From Azolla caroliniana (taxonomy: Eukaryota; Plantae; Polypodiophyta), in assembly GCA_043228905.1 (NCBI GenBank), contig JBHGNT010000010.1, positions 1,860,001 through 1,924,000 on the forward strand: 64,000 bases of DNA. Reading direction: 5' to 3'. The notes below the pieces were generated by a model. That model had not been told where the DNA came from. It saw nothing but the letters and a program-made list of their open reading frames with translations, and ran no database searches. The position numbers and the translations under genes are program-made. Below are positions 12,568-25,558 of the stretch, piece by piece (position 1 is the first letter of the stretch; every line of letters starts with the position of its first letter).

Positions 12568-13220
12568 ATTCGCATTCGTGGAGGTTTCCAAACGAAGGCA
12601 CACGAATACGCACGCGAATGCATGAAAAAATATTCGTTAGAAAAAAGAGAGAGTTCATAAAGTCCCTACTTTTTAATTTCTTAGATATATGATTATATGA
12701 TATATCATATATCATATAACAAAAGAGGACTTTGACAATAAAAAGGGGATATTTTACTTTACATTAAAAAGTAGACTTAAACTAATAATATTTTTATAAT
12801 GGATGTAAAACTTAAAAGTATTTGTTTTATTTTTAATAGAAAATAAATAATAAATAAAAGGTTCATTAAGTCCCCACTTTACTCTCCCAACAAAATCTCA
12901 TATTTTTATTTGTCATTGAAAAAGGGACCTCACAGTAATAATATTTTTATAATACATATAAAACTTAAAACTATTTGTTTTATTTTTTCATAAAACAAAA
13001 TAAATAAATAAGTAAGTAAATAAATAAAAGGTTCACTGATTTCCCACTTTTTACTCTCCCACAAAATTTGACATTAAAAATGGGACCTCACAAATGATAT
13101 TTTTATCTGACATTAAAAATGGGACTTCACACTAAGAATATTTTTATAGTTGATCTAAAACTTAAAAGTATCTGTTTTATTTTTAATATAAAAAAAAAAA
13201 AAAAAAGCTTCATTAATCCC
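12555..13220 (+). mobile_element. Truncated hAT-derived end related to 1469-2698
   Basis: catagattgacatattcgcattcgtgg matches the 1469 terminus. No right TIR found; AT-rich internal repeats follow. Confidence 0.55.
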
Positions 13221-13740
13221 CCTGAACTCATGTTTATCATTCAAATCTACTATCCTTGTGAACAAGAAAACATTCATCCAATTTCTCAAACTTGATCTTC
13301 AAAGCTCCCCGTCACTAATCTGTTGAGCCTATTAATTATTGTTTTTATTCCACCATTCCACAATTCAATGTATTTTGATATGTCTCTCCCATTGAATCTC
13401 CGAACCTTGTCAATCACTTTCTCCACCACTACACTTATGTGGCCTTGTTTGTCCCTTGAACCAAGAGTTTTGTTCCACAACAACAAATGACATTCTAGCA
13501 ATCTTCACTTTTTCTATTGTTGTTGTAACTTCTTTTATCCCTCAACTTTTCTTACTAGCCTTAACGTTGCATTTCGATGTTTACACGGAGAGTTGGACAA
13601 TATATTATTCATCAAAGTTTTTTTTTCGTTTGAAATGTACTTGATTTATGTGATTCCCAGAAAAGATGATGACATTCTGAAAATATTTCATGGAACCAAA
13701 TAAAACAAAACTAACATATAATTACAATTTCTGATTCAAC

Positions 13741-13796
13741 CTTATCTCCTCTAAAAGATCTTAACGTGCTCTTTGTCATCTGTAGAGCCTATAAAA
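13741..13796 (+). promoter_or_regulatory. Core promoter of paralogue 2 (CTTATCTC + TATA)
   Basis: cttatctc 13741-13748, tataaaa 13790-13796; the downstream tatctcatctctctacatcaacaatacatcac is identical to paralogue 1. Confidence 0.6.
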
Positions 13797-14011
13797 ACGC
13801 AGCTAGAATACGGCCTCAATCCATCACAACATATCTCATCTCTCTACATCAACAATACATCACAATACATTCATTAATGTTCCAAGAGTTGTGAAACTAG
13901 AATGAATGCTGTAACAGTTATGAATGTGGCTGTGTTGTTGTTGATTGATGCATGTATAAATGTTCTCATTAAGAAGGACTGGTGTGTGTTGGCTCCTCAT
14001 TCATTAGGAAG

Positions 14012-14601
14012 ATGAGGAGCCTGGTGCTACTTCTGGTTGCCACGGCCATTACCTTGGTTTCTAATGCCGCTGACACCGACGACATTTGCCTCACGGCCCA
14101 GGAAGCTGTCTTCCCCTACTGGTCCCTATGCTTCAATCCAGCAACCTATGTCTACTTTGGGGGCGTTTACACCATCGAACCGGTCGGGAGTAGCGTGGGC
14201 TATGGCCAATTCCTGGCGCTAGAGTGGGACTCCGAGAACTCGACCTACTATGTCCGCCTGGTCGATGCCGATTCCTCCCCAGCAAACTTCGTGTTCACAC
14301 ACTCACCAAGGATCTCCAACTATGTGTTGCCGTGACCGCCGCCGACATCATCATCGTGAATGCCGACACCCAGCGATTTCTGGCATGGCGAGACGAGGGC
14401 GGGGAGAAGTTCCTGGTGGAGACATCCAACTTTGATGATGCAAGCCTAGGATTGTTCAAATTCACACCCAATGACTCGGTTTTGCTGGCGTGTCCATTCA
14501 TCAGCGGTGCGTGTTGCCAAGCCTACGACATAGTCTTGGTATCCGACCCCTCATCCGGACCCGGACCCACCGCATTCGAGGAGGATGGTGGCCGAAACTA
14601 A
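14012..14601 (+). pseudogene. Pseudogenised paralogue 2 of the secreted beta-trefoil-like gene
   Basis: Aligns to 6256-6915. A 1-nt deletion near 14303 shifts the frame (ORF 13982-14335 continues in ORF 14224-14601). A deletion after EEDG removes the last strands. Confidence 0.85.
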
Positions 14602-14799
14602 AATCTTATTGTAGCCGGTTCGCTTACGCAATGCATAAATGTGCATTGATCATAACAAAACATTTCTCTACTTTTGATCATGTATTGATAAAAGCTACTT
14701 TGGGCTACTATTCCTCTTCTAGACATTGTCATTTTTGTATCAAGTTGTGGGCATTGTCACTTTCAAATCAAGTTGTGGACATTGTCACTTTCCATGGCG

Positions 14800-15972
14800 A
14801 GTATTCATGAAACATATGGAAATTATTAGAAGTCACGATGAAATTCAAAATCTCCCACTTGAAGTCTGATTTCAATTTCTTTACACCTTCATCTATGAAG
14901 TAGAACTTTTTGGTCATGAAACTCTGGCAAGCCATTTGAAGCCACACAACTTCAAATTGTCAATAGCTACTGTCTTTGTCAACATACCCATTGGATTTTT
15001 GTTTCCTTGGATTTTCTCTAGTGTTAGCTCTTCTTCTTTCTATGATAAAGATCTTCACCAATATGCTTTGTTCTAGAATGAAATACTAAACTCTACGCAA
15101 GTGTATCGAACTTTGACTATCATTGTGCCGAACATGGTTGAATTCCAACTCAGTAAACAACCCTGGAAGCCATGTCAAGACTTTACTAGCTTTACTCAAC
15201 CTCTATAGTGATGAGAGCGAAAATCTTTTTTAACTTCAACATACAATGTGCAACTATAATCCCAACAATGAATATATAACTCGTGGTGCTTTTATGGTTA
15301 TTGACTTCACCTCCATAGTCTATGTCATTATAATTGTGCACTTTTATCTCACCATTACCAAAGTACAAACACTCCTCTCTAGTGCCTTGTAGATATCTCA
15401 AAATCCACTCTGCTCCTTCCCAATGAGCTTTCCATGTTAGAATTTGAATTAACATTGAACAAAATTAAGAAAGAAAATAAGGAAGAAAGGGCGCCAATCC
15501 ACTCGACCACCCCCTTTTGAATGTGAGAGATGGATCTGAGTTTCCCTTCGGTGTCGCATCCCATCGAGTATGGACATGGATCGTACCTTGGGTTTGAAGA
15601 AGAAGAAGAAGACACATGTGTATCAAACTAGAGCTTTGCCACATCGTCAGAGTCTGTATCCCAAAACAATAAAGAAAAGAGATCCCCCATCATGAAAGTA
15701 GCTAGCCTTAGACCCTTGTAAGTTTCACACTTCATTTCTTTTTGTTATAAAAAGTGTCCAAATGATAAAACATAGCTAAAGTTATCACCCTTCATTCCTT
15801 ACAAATTAGCCCATAACTATGGTTACAATTATGCTTGTAAAATACCCACTACATGGCCAATGTCTGCTTTGGTATAGACCATTGCATACACGAAACTGCT
15901 AATTGTTGAGATACAAGGAACCTTATCCATGAAATCTCTCCCTTCCTCTTTTTGAGGGGATTGATCCTTGGA
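14800..15972 (-). mobile_element. Old degenerate Copia RT/RNase H relic (host of the 15973 insertion; continues 27315-28610)
   Basis: WKAHWEGAEWILRYLQGT, HKSTTSYIF remnants; RT-like sequence resumes after the TSD at 27315. Confidence 0.65.
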
Positions 15973-18900
15973 TGTTGAGCAACAAGCTCAACAGGAGCCG
16001 GATCGGCTTATTACAGGAGCCGGATCGGCTGAATAAGCCTGAGCCGGTAAGCAGTAAGGACCGGTGAGCTAGGGAGCCGGTATGCCGGATCCAATCCGTA
16101 ATCGGAAGCCTAGTATAGGTTAGACTACTAGGCAGTTATAGTCTCGTAGTTAGTGTCAGATGCTCATGTGAGCATTGAAGTACACCGTACTTCTAACAGT
16201 CCCGTGTGGACTTGTATAAATAACGATGATGAGCGCGTTGTAGAAACAGACAGAGCACAGAGTATTCATATAATTTTTGAAAAATAGTGTGTCCTCTCTC
16301 TCTCTCTCTCACTCACTCTCTGTCTCTCCCGCGTACTCTGTCTCTCTCTCTTTGTGTATTGTTCTTTCTAACGCTTCCACAAGCAATCTTTTACATGGTA
16401 TCAGAGCGCGTGGGTTGAGAACCTTTGCTGCAGACATCTACATTTGTGAAGGAAACCCTAACAGATCGGAAAACAGACACAAAAGGAGAAATGGACAGAG
16501 GTATGGCTACGTCGCTCCTGGTGGAGAAGCTCGACAGAACCAACTACGCATCTTGGTCATACAAGATGCACCAGTACCTGCTTGGGCATGGCTACTGGAG
16601 TTATGTCGACGGAGTGAACGACTCAGCACCGGAGACAACACACAGGGACTTCCCAGTGTGGGAACAGGCGGCAAGCAGTGTGATGTACTGCTTCGCATCC
16701 AGTGTCGATGACCAGTTGCTCAACCATATCCGTGACGCCAAGACACCGAAGGATGCCTGGGGAAACTTGAAAAAGGTCTTCGTTGCAAGCACCACTGCCC
16801 GGAAGCTGCAACTCAAACAGGAGTTGAGCAATGTTCGACAGAAGAACATGTCGGTGGCAGATTACACAGCCCGGATCAAAGGGATCTGTGACTCGCTTGC
16901 CTCTATTAACGTCACCGTAGAGGAAGATGAGATGGTGCAAGTCTATCTTGGAGGCCTGGCATCCAAGTTCGGAGCTTTCCGGACTGCGGTTTGTACAAGG
17001 GAGAATACGCCCTCATTTTTCGACTTACAATCGATGCTCCTTGTAGAGGAGAACCACGCCGGTGCATCTACCAGTGCATCCCTAGACAACCGGATGTTGT
17101 ACACGGGAGCGGATCGGTTCCGCGGGCGTGGTGGACAAGGCAGGTCGGCACGCAATGGAGGCGACCGGCAAGAGCAAGAACGAAGGCACAGTGAGCGTGC
17201 CGACAACAATTCCGGAACTTCCACAAGAAAGGGGAGTCAAGGTGGTGCCGGAGACCGGCAAGACAAATCCGCTACAGAATGCTGGTACTGTGGCAAAAAG
17301 GGCCACAGGGAAAGCGAGTGCTGGAGAAAGCGTGCCGATTCGGACAAATCTGGATCCGGCAAGACCGGTAAGGAAGGCCGACAAAGCTCGCACTACGCAA
17401 ACGGATCGGGAGGATCTAAGAATGGTAAGGGGCCAGCCTTGGTGATGAAGCACAAGGCAAACTCAATGAAGAAGACCACTTCCAAATCGGAGAAAGTGTG
17501 GTACATTGACTCCGGCGCATCGAACCAGATGACGAGCCACGGGGAGTGGTTCTCCTTTTTGGAGAAGCCGGATCAACCGGGAGTTGTCAAAACCGGAGAC
17601 GACACTCCCCACCCAATCGTGCACGTCGGAGAAGTCTCTCTGAGCCACGTCGGACAGAAGGGGAAGCTGATGAATGTATTACATGTTTTGACGATCACGA
17701 AGAACCTGGTGTCGGTCGGACAGATCGTCGACCAGGGGATGCAGGTGCGGTTTATGCACCTCGGGTGCTTCATTGAGGATGAGGGCGAAGTTATTGCGCA
17801 AGGGCGCAGAGATGGGAGGACGTTTATCCTCAACACCAATGACGTCGGCACCGCACTGTTCGCCAAAGGATAGAAGGGCAAGTCAAATATCGACCTGTGG
17901 CACAAGCGGATCGGCCACGTCAACTACTGGAGGCTTCAAGACCTGCAAATGGAACAAGTCGTTTTCGGTTTGCCGAAATTTAGTGGCCGGAGAGCCCAGA
18001 TTTGTGAAGCCTGCCAACTCGGGAAGCAACACCAGCTTCCATTCCCCGCCGAAAGAAATCAAAGCCGTAACAAGCTTGATCTTATCCATTCGGATGTGTG
18101 GGGACCGACACAAAATGTTAGCATTGGCGGGAGTCGATACTTCATCTCCTTCATCGTCGACTACACGCGGCATACGTGGATCTACATCATTGAGCAAAAG
18201 AGCGAAGTCTTCGAGTGTTTCCAGAGCCTCCAGAAGATGGTGGAACGGGAATCGAAGAGGAAGATCAAATGCCTACGGTCGGATGGCGGAAAAGAGTACC
18301 TTTCTGGCCAATTCAACAGCTATCTGTAACAAAAAGGAATTCGGCGAGAATTCAGCTGCAGATACACACCGCAACAAAACGGTGTGGCCGAAAGGAAGAA
18401 TCGGTTGCTGATTGACGCGGCTAGGGCAATGCTGGAGGAAAAGAGCATGCCCAAGTTCTACTGGGCGGAGGCGGTCCAAACGGCCGTTTACATCCAGAAC
18501 CGGATTGGCGACAAGGTGTCAGCTCACGAGCCGTATTTCGGGCGCAAGACAAATTTGAGACACCTCCGGATATTCGGCAACATAGCTTATGTACATGTGC
18601 CGGATGAGAAGCGGAGAAAGCTGGATGCAAAATCGGAAAAATGCATCCTAGTTGGCTATGCTCAAGAGCAAAAGGGGTATAAGTGTTATAAACCCCGGAC
18701 GAAGCAAGTCCGAGTTAGCTGAGATGTCGAGTTTGATGAATCGGCATCGTGGTATTCTTTACCGACTTCGACTTCCGATCCCGACCCGATATCGGAGGAT
18801 GGGGCTAGTGAGCCCGAATCGGCCCAAGTAGAGAAAGATGAAGCCGAGACTCAAGATGAGAGTCCGGAATTGTTCCGGTTAAGCGGACCAATTGAGAGAC

Positions 18901-20494
18901 TGGATCAGTCCAGCCAGTCGGATGATGAGACGGCGAGTAGTGTATAATGAGTACATGGCGCATCATTATGCATACATGACCAAGGTCGCGGAAGTGCATG
19001 AGCCGGAGAGCTACGCAGAAGCGGTAAAGGACGCAAGTTGGCGTGCCGCTATGGAGGAAGAAATGAGGGCATTGGATGCCAACAGAACTTGGGACCTGGT
19101 TGACCCTCCCCGTCACTGTAAACCGATTGGATGCAAGTGGGTGTACAAGGTAAAGTACAATGCTGACGGTACAGTTAACCAGTACAAGGCCCGGTTAGTG
19201 GCGAAGGGATATGCGAAGACCCACGGAATCGACTATGACGAGACCTTCGCTCCTGTAGCGAAGCTGACGACAGTTCGTGTGGTACTGGCGGCTGCTGCGG
19301 CAAGGGGGTGCCATCTTCATCAGATGGATGGGAAGAATGCCTTCCTTCAAGGAGATCTTGAAGAACAAGTCTTTATGACTCAGCCCCTCAGATTTCAGTC
19401 GGAGGTGAACAAGTCGGTGGTATGCCGGTTGAGGAAGTCGTTGTACGGCTTGAAGCAAGCCCCCCGTGCTTGGAATGCTAAGATCACGCACCGGTTGCAA
19501 AAGATGGGGTTTGTTGCCTCGAAGTCGAACTCTTCCCTGTTCATCCGTCAAGGCTCAAACGGTCCGGTATGTATCTTACTCTATGTTGATGATTTAGTCA
19601 TCACCGGCCCAGGTCTTCCGGAAATCAACCGCGTCAAGTCCTAGTTGTCGGACGCATTTGATATGAAGGACTTGGGGGACCTTCATTATTTCTTGGGGAT
19701 CGAGGTGATCCGCACCCCCAACGGTATATTGCTTTCTCAACGCCATTATGTGTTGAATATACTGTACAAGTTCGGCATGACGGAATGCCGACCTGTCTCC
19801 ACACCCCTAGACCGGATTCAGAAGATCCGTCCCAACTCCAGACCAACCCAGACCAACCTGTGATGAGAAACGATTCTGACAAATAGTCGGAAGCTTGATC
19901 TACTTGACCATCACCCGACCCGACATTAGCTATCCGGTCGGAGTGGTAAGCCAATTCATGCAGAAGCCGACCGTGGAGCACCTTCAGTGCGCGCAACGAA
20001 TACTGAGGTATGTAAGCGGCACTTGTCATGATATGGCAAGACTCGAACCCATAACCTTACGTTATATGGGTCGAGCTCTTGACCATTAGACCATCTATTG
20101 TAATACGTAGGATATTATTTTCATTTACATTTTATTATAGGAAATTAGTGTATATTCCAGATTTCTCTGGAACATTCTAGAAGCTTCAGGATTACTCTTG
20201 AAAACACTATAAAAAAGGGCACTACGCATTATGTTGAACCAAATTGGTTCAACGCCAGTCTTAAGCCTTTTAGCCACCATTGTATATTCTCTTCATATAA
20301 TATATATCTTTCTTATCATCACTCTCTCTCTCTTTCTCTCCGTCTCGTTCACTCCTTCCTTCTCTCGAAGAAGTTCTACACCTCTCATAGTACTAATCCT
20401 TCGTTTAGTACTAATTCCTTCTCTGTCTCAGTACTGTTCCTGATAGTTTGAACCAATTTTCTACTAATCTCTTATTCCTCTTTTCTTTCATCCC

Positions 20495-21646
20495 ATGGCC
20501 ACTGTTAGCGCTGAAGAATATCAATCTGTTTTCTCGGAATTTCAATGCTTGAAAGAGAAGTTCCATGCTTTGGAACAAGAAAACCAACGGTTGCTGGGGG
20601 ATCTTCAGCAAATCTCCTTAGAAAAGCAGCAAACGCAACAACAACATGGGGAACTTGCGTTACGTGTGCAACAACTCGAAGCAACCATCGTAGCGATGCA
20701 ACAACAAGGGCCCGGAACACAAGGGATTCATAAAGAACCCAAGATTGGCCTTCCCACGAAGTTCGATGGAACGCGATCGCAGTTTAGAGGGTTCCTTAAC
20801 CAGGTACGATTAGTTATCCAAATGCATCCTTCCCGATATCCCACCGATGCATCACGAGTGGGTTTAGTAGGCACTTTGTTAAGTGGCTTAGCGTTGTCAT
20901 GGTTCGCTCCACTATTAGAAAAGGAATCTCCGTTACTCAACAATTTTGAAAAGTTTCTAGGTGAGTTTAAAGCATGTTTCGGAGATACTGACAGCATGAG
21001 GACCACAATCAACAAAATTCGGCGACTACGCCAAGGTGGCCGTCCAGCCTCCGCATACGCTGCAGATTTTCGCCTACTCGCCGCCGATATCCCTTGGGAT
21101 GATCAAGCGTTGATGGAGCAATTCCGTTATGGTTTACGCAACGACGTCAAGGATTTACTCTTGACCTTCCCCGAAGAGCCAAAGTCGTTAACAGAAGCAA
21201 TTAGTCGCGCGGTGAGATGTGACAACCGCCTCTTTGAGTGACGTTCGGAAAGACAACTACAGATGCCGAGGCCAAGATCAGAGCCCACCTATGCCTCAGT
21301 GGTAGCAAGACCTTTTCCGAGGGAGTCATATAATGCGCCTCCAGCAAATACTCCGACTCCGATGGAGATTGACACTACACATCGTCGAGGGCCATTATCC
21401 GAAGAAGAAAAGTAGCGATGCCATACAAATCGACTATGTCTTTACTGCGGTGGACCAGGACATATCGCAATAAATTGCCCCCATAGGCCTCGAAGACAGG
21501 TAAACCAAATAGTCGCTAGTTCTAATTGTACTAAACCCGAGCCTATTTCAGTAGGAATATCTGATAGTCCTAATAGTACTAATAGCCCAGATCTAGCTAA
21601 CAAATTTGATGTCCTTAGTCAGTTAGAAGAAGAGTTAAACGACTAA
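20495..21646 (+). pseudogene. Chromovirus gag (premature stops at ~21239 and ~21413)
   Basis: EPKIGLPTKFDGTRSQFRGFLNQ, ALSWF, LRQG, QFRYGL, PMEID, CLYCGGPGHIAINCP. Confidence 0.9.
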
Positions 21647-21686
21647 GTCCAGCCAAAATAGGAGCCGTTTGGTTGGACAACCCTAG
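21634..21686 (+). promoter_or_regulatory. Putative -1 ribosomal frameshift signal (G TTA AAC + stem-loop/pseudoknot)
   Basis: Heptamer 21634-21640 in gag phase, 6-nt spacer, stem gtccagccaaa/tttggttggac; the -1 frame is open into the protease ORF. Confidence 0.7.
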
Positions 21687-24600
21687 ATCTGTGCAACCCA
21701 TTAGTGGTTCCATTCCCTCTAAGAAAGTTAGTGATGTGTTCGTAGCCCAAGTAATAGTTAGTACTAAAAGTACCCCTCCAGTACATGTCCTAGCACTCCT
21801 AGATTCCGGAGCTAACTCTTGCTTTATGGATAAGAAATTTGCTCAAGCTCATAAGATATCCCTAAGAAAACTCCAGTGTCCAGCCTCTGTAGTAGTCATT
21901 GATGGACGTCCCATTGCTTCCGGAAATATCATAGAAGAGTCAGAGCCCATTAATATTGTCCTAGATAACTTAGCATGTGTAGTATCATTTAATATTATTA
22001 GTATCCTAGAACATCCTATAGTTTTAGGATTACCGTGGTTCGAGTTACATAACCCAGACATAGATTGGAGAACAAGAGAAATCCGGTGTCGACAAACCCA
22101 AGGGACAACTCAGAAGATGGCAACCATTTCACTACGTCAGTGGCGTAAAGAAGGGCGCGAGGAGGAAATGTTCCTCTTTGCAATATCAGTAAACCCCTCC
22201 AGCACCACTAAAGAAGAATCCACCGTTCAACTTCCCGAGAAGTATCGTCATAACGCCGATGTGTTCGATAAAGTACAAGCCAACACACTTCCTCATCATC
22301 GACCGTACGATTGCCCCATCGATTTACAACCGGGAAAAGAGCCGCCATGGGGACCGATCTACAATTTGTCACCAACCGAGCTGGAAGTCCTTCGGGCCTA
22401 TATCAAGGAGAATTTGGAAAATGGTTTCATTCGACATTCGAAATCTCCAGCCGGCGCGCCCATTTTCTTCGTCAAGAAAAAAGATGGATCGCTTCGTCTC
22501 GTTGTAGATTACCGTGGCTTGAATAAGGTTACAATCAAGAATAGGTATGCTCTTCCCCTTATCTCAAGTTTTTTAGAACGGATCAATGGTGCCAGGTTCT
22601 TCACGAAGATCGACTTACGGGGAGCATATAACCTCGTACGGATCCGACCAGGAGACGAATGGAAGACCGTGTTTCGCACCAGATATGGGCACTTCGAGTA
22701 TACGGTCATGCTGTTCGGCCTCACTAATGCGCCGGCAGTCTTCCAGCACATGGCTAATGATATATTCCGAGATCTATTGGATGATTGTTTGATCATCTAT
22801 TTGGATGATCTACTGGTTTATTCAAAGACCCAAGAAGAACATGATTCTCATGTACTATTAGTACTAAAATGACTTCGAGAACATGGTCTGTATGCAAAGC
22901 TGGAAAAATGTAGTTTCGGGTGCAACCAAGTGGAATTTCTTGGCTACATCATTTCGTCAGAAGGCATCTCCATGGACCTAGCTAAGGTCAAAATGGTGGT
23001 AGAATGGCAGACTCCGCGTTTGGTGCGGGATGTGCAATGCTTCCTAGGCTTTGCCAATTTTTACCGGAAGTTCATACAAGATTACTCAAAGATCGTTCTA
23101 CCTCTCACACAACTTACCAGGAAGGGACAACCGTTCATCTGGTCTGAAGAAACGAACATGGCTTTCGAGAGTCTTAAAAAGGCATTTACATTGGCTCCAA
23201 TTCTAGCTCATGTCGATCCGGAAAAAGCATTCATTATCGAAGCTAACGCATCGGATTTTGCATTGGGGAGCATTCTGTCACAACAGGGGAATGATGAGAA
23301 GCTACATCCTGTGGCTTTTCAATCACGCAAGTTTGACGCCGCCGAAATTAACTACAAAATTCATGATAAGGAGCTATTGGCAATAGTGGATTCTTTTATG
23401 CAATGGAGGCATTTTCTGGAGGGATCCTCTCATCCAGTCACCGTATTTAGTGATCACAAGAACCTTGCCTACTTTCAGGATGCTCGTGTGTTGAATCGAC
23501 GTCAAGCTCGGTGGGCCCACTTCCTCACGCGTTTCGACTCCAAAATTACATATCGTCCGGGGAAGCACGAAGGGAAGGCAGATGCATTATCACGACGTTC
23601 GTATCTAGCACCCCGTCCCGGCAAGCCAACTTTCGATAACCAAAAACAAGTCATCTTGGGACCGGCGCGACTACAAGCAACACAGATCTTTGACATGCCC
23701 ATGGATTCCCGCGTTATCGATACCATACGTGAAGACTTGAAGACAGATGCGTTCGCCCAAGCTATACTAGCACAAATTGATCCCTCTCGAGCATCGTGTT
23801 CACAGTCGCAACCACCAGGTACGGACTATCGGCAATTCAAATACCATGATGGATTACTCTTCTTTAAAGAACTTTTGTATGTTCCTAATGGTTCTTGCCG
23901 CCTTCGAGTAGTTCAAAACTGCCATGACACATATACAGCTTGGCATTTTGGTAGTACTAAAACATTACATTTAGTACAACGATCATTCTGGTGGCCCTGT
24001 ATGCGACAATTTGTCGAGGATTTTGTTCGGACTTCTGATACATGTTGCAGAGCGAAAATGCCAAGGCATCATCCATATGGTTTATTAGAACCATTACCAA
24101 TTCCAAGCAAGCCGTGGCAATCCATTGCTCTAGACTTCATCACAGAACTTCCAGTCTCTAAGGGGTTCAATGCAATTCTAACGATGGTCGATCGATACAC
24201 GAAGATGGCTCGATTCATTTCTTGCCATGTACTAAGGAGATCTCCAGTGAAGACACTGCCGAAATTGTCATGCGTGAAGTATGTCGGCATCATGGACTTC
24301 CCGATAGTATCATCAACGACCGTGGACCTCAGTTCGTGTCCAAATTCTGGAAGCACCTTTTTAACATGCTCAAGGTCTGTTGTAACCTCTCCTCCGGCTA
24401 CCACCCACAAACCGACGGCCAAGATGAACGAACAAATCAAACGCTGGAGCAGTATCTGCGGTGCTTTCTCAGTTATCATCAGGACGACTGGGTAGATATT
24501 CTCCACTTCGCGGAATTTGCCTATAACAACTCTATCCACGTATCCACTAAAGTTACGCCATTTTATGCTTATACGGGATGTCACCCCCGGTGGAGTGTAC

Positions 24601-25235
24601 TTGAAACCCCAGAGGTGTCCACAAATCCATGCGCGGAGGATCGTTTGGAGCGGTTACGCAAGATACAAGCGGATTTATCTACTCATCTCCAGTAAGCTCA
24701 ACAAACACACAAGGTCTACGCGGATCGTCATCGACTTCCATCCAGTTTTAATATTGGAGATCAGGTGTGGCTGCTACGACGACACATCAAGACTACTCGC
24801 CCATGTGAGAAGTTGGATTATCGACGATTAGGTCCTTTCCGTATTATTGGACAGATTAATGATGTCGCTTTTCCTCTCGATCTACCTCCTCAACTTCGGA
24901 TACATCCGATGTTTCATAGTTCTCTCCTCGAACCCTACCACGAGAGCACCATCACAGGACATCTTATCCAACCTCCACCCCCGATCGAGCTTGAAGATGG
25001 GCCGGAGTACGAGGTTGCCGCCATCCTTGATTCCAAGATTGTTCGCAACAAGCTCTACTATCTAGTCGATTGGCTAGGCTATAGTCCCAGCGAACGTACT
25101 TGGGAACCGATCGAGAATGTGACCAATGCTCGTGCTCTTCTTGAAGACTTCCATCGTCAATATCCACACAAACCGGGTCCTCAATCCAAGACGACTCGTG
25201 ACACTCGTCGTTTTAAAGGGGAGATAGTGTCATGA
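21640..25235 (+). pseudogene. Chromovirus pol: PR-RT-RH-INT-chromodomain, disrupted
   Basis: LLDSGANSCF, KIDLRGAYN, YLDDLL, DKELLAIV, IALDFITELP, YHPQTDGQ, GPF, chromodomain EYEVAAILDS...YLVDWLGYSPSERTWEP. Confidence 0.93.
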
Positions 25236-25525
25236 TATGACAAGAATCGAACCCATGACCTTAGGTTATATGGGTCGAGCTCTTGACCATTAGACCATCT
25301 ATTGTAATACATAGGATATTATTTTCATTTACATTTTATTATAGGAAATTAGTGTATATTCCAGATTTCTCTGGAACATTCTAGAAGCTTCAGGATTACT
25401 CCTGAAAACACTATAAAAAAGGGCACTAGGCATTATGTTGAACCAAATTGGTTCAACGCCAGTCTTAAGCCTTTTAGCCACCATTGTATATTCTCTTCAT
25501 ATAATATATATCTTTCTTATCATCA

Positions 25526-25558
<33 letters not shown>

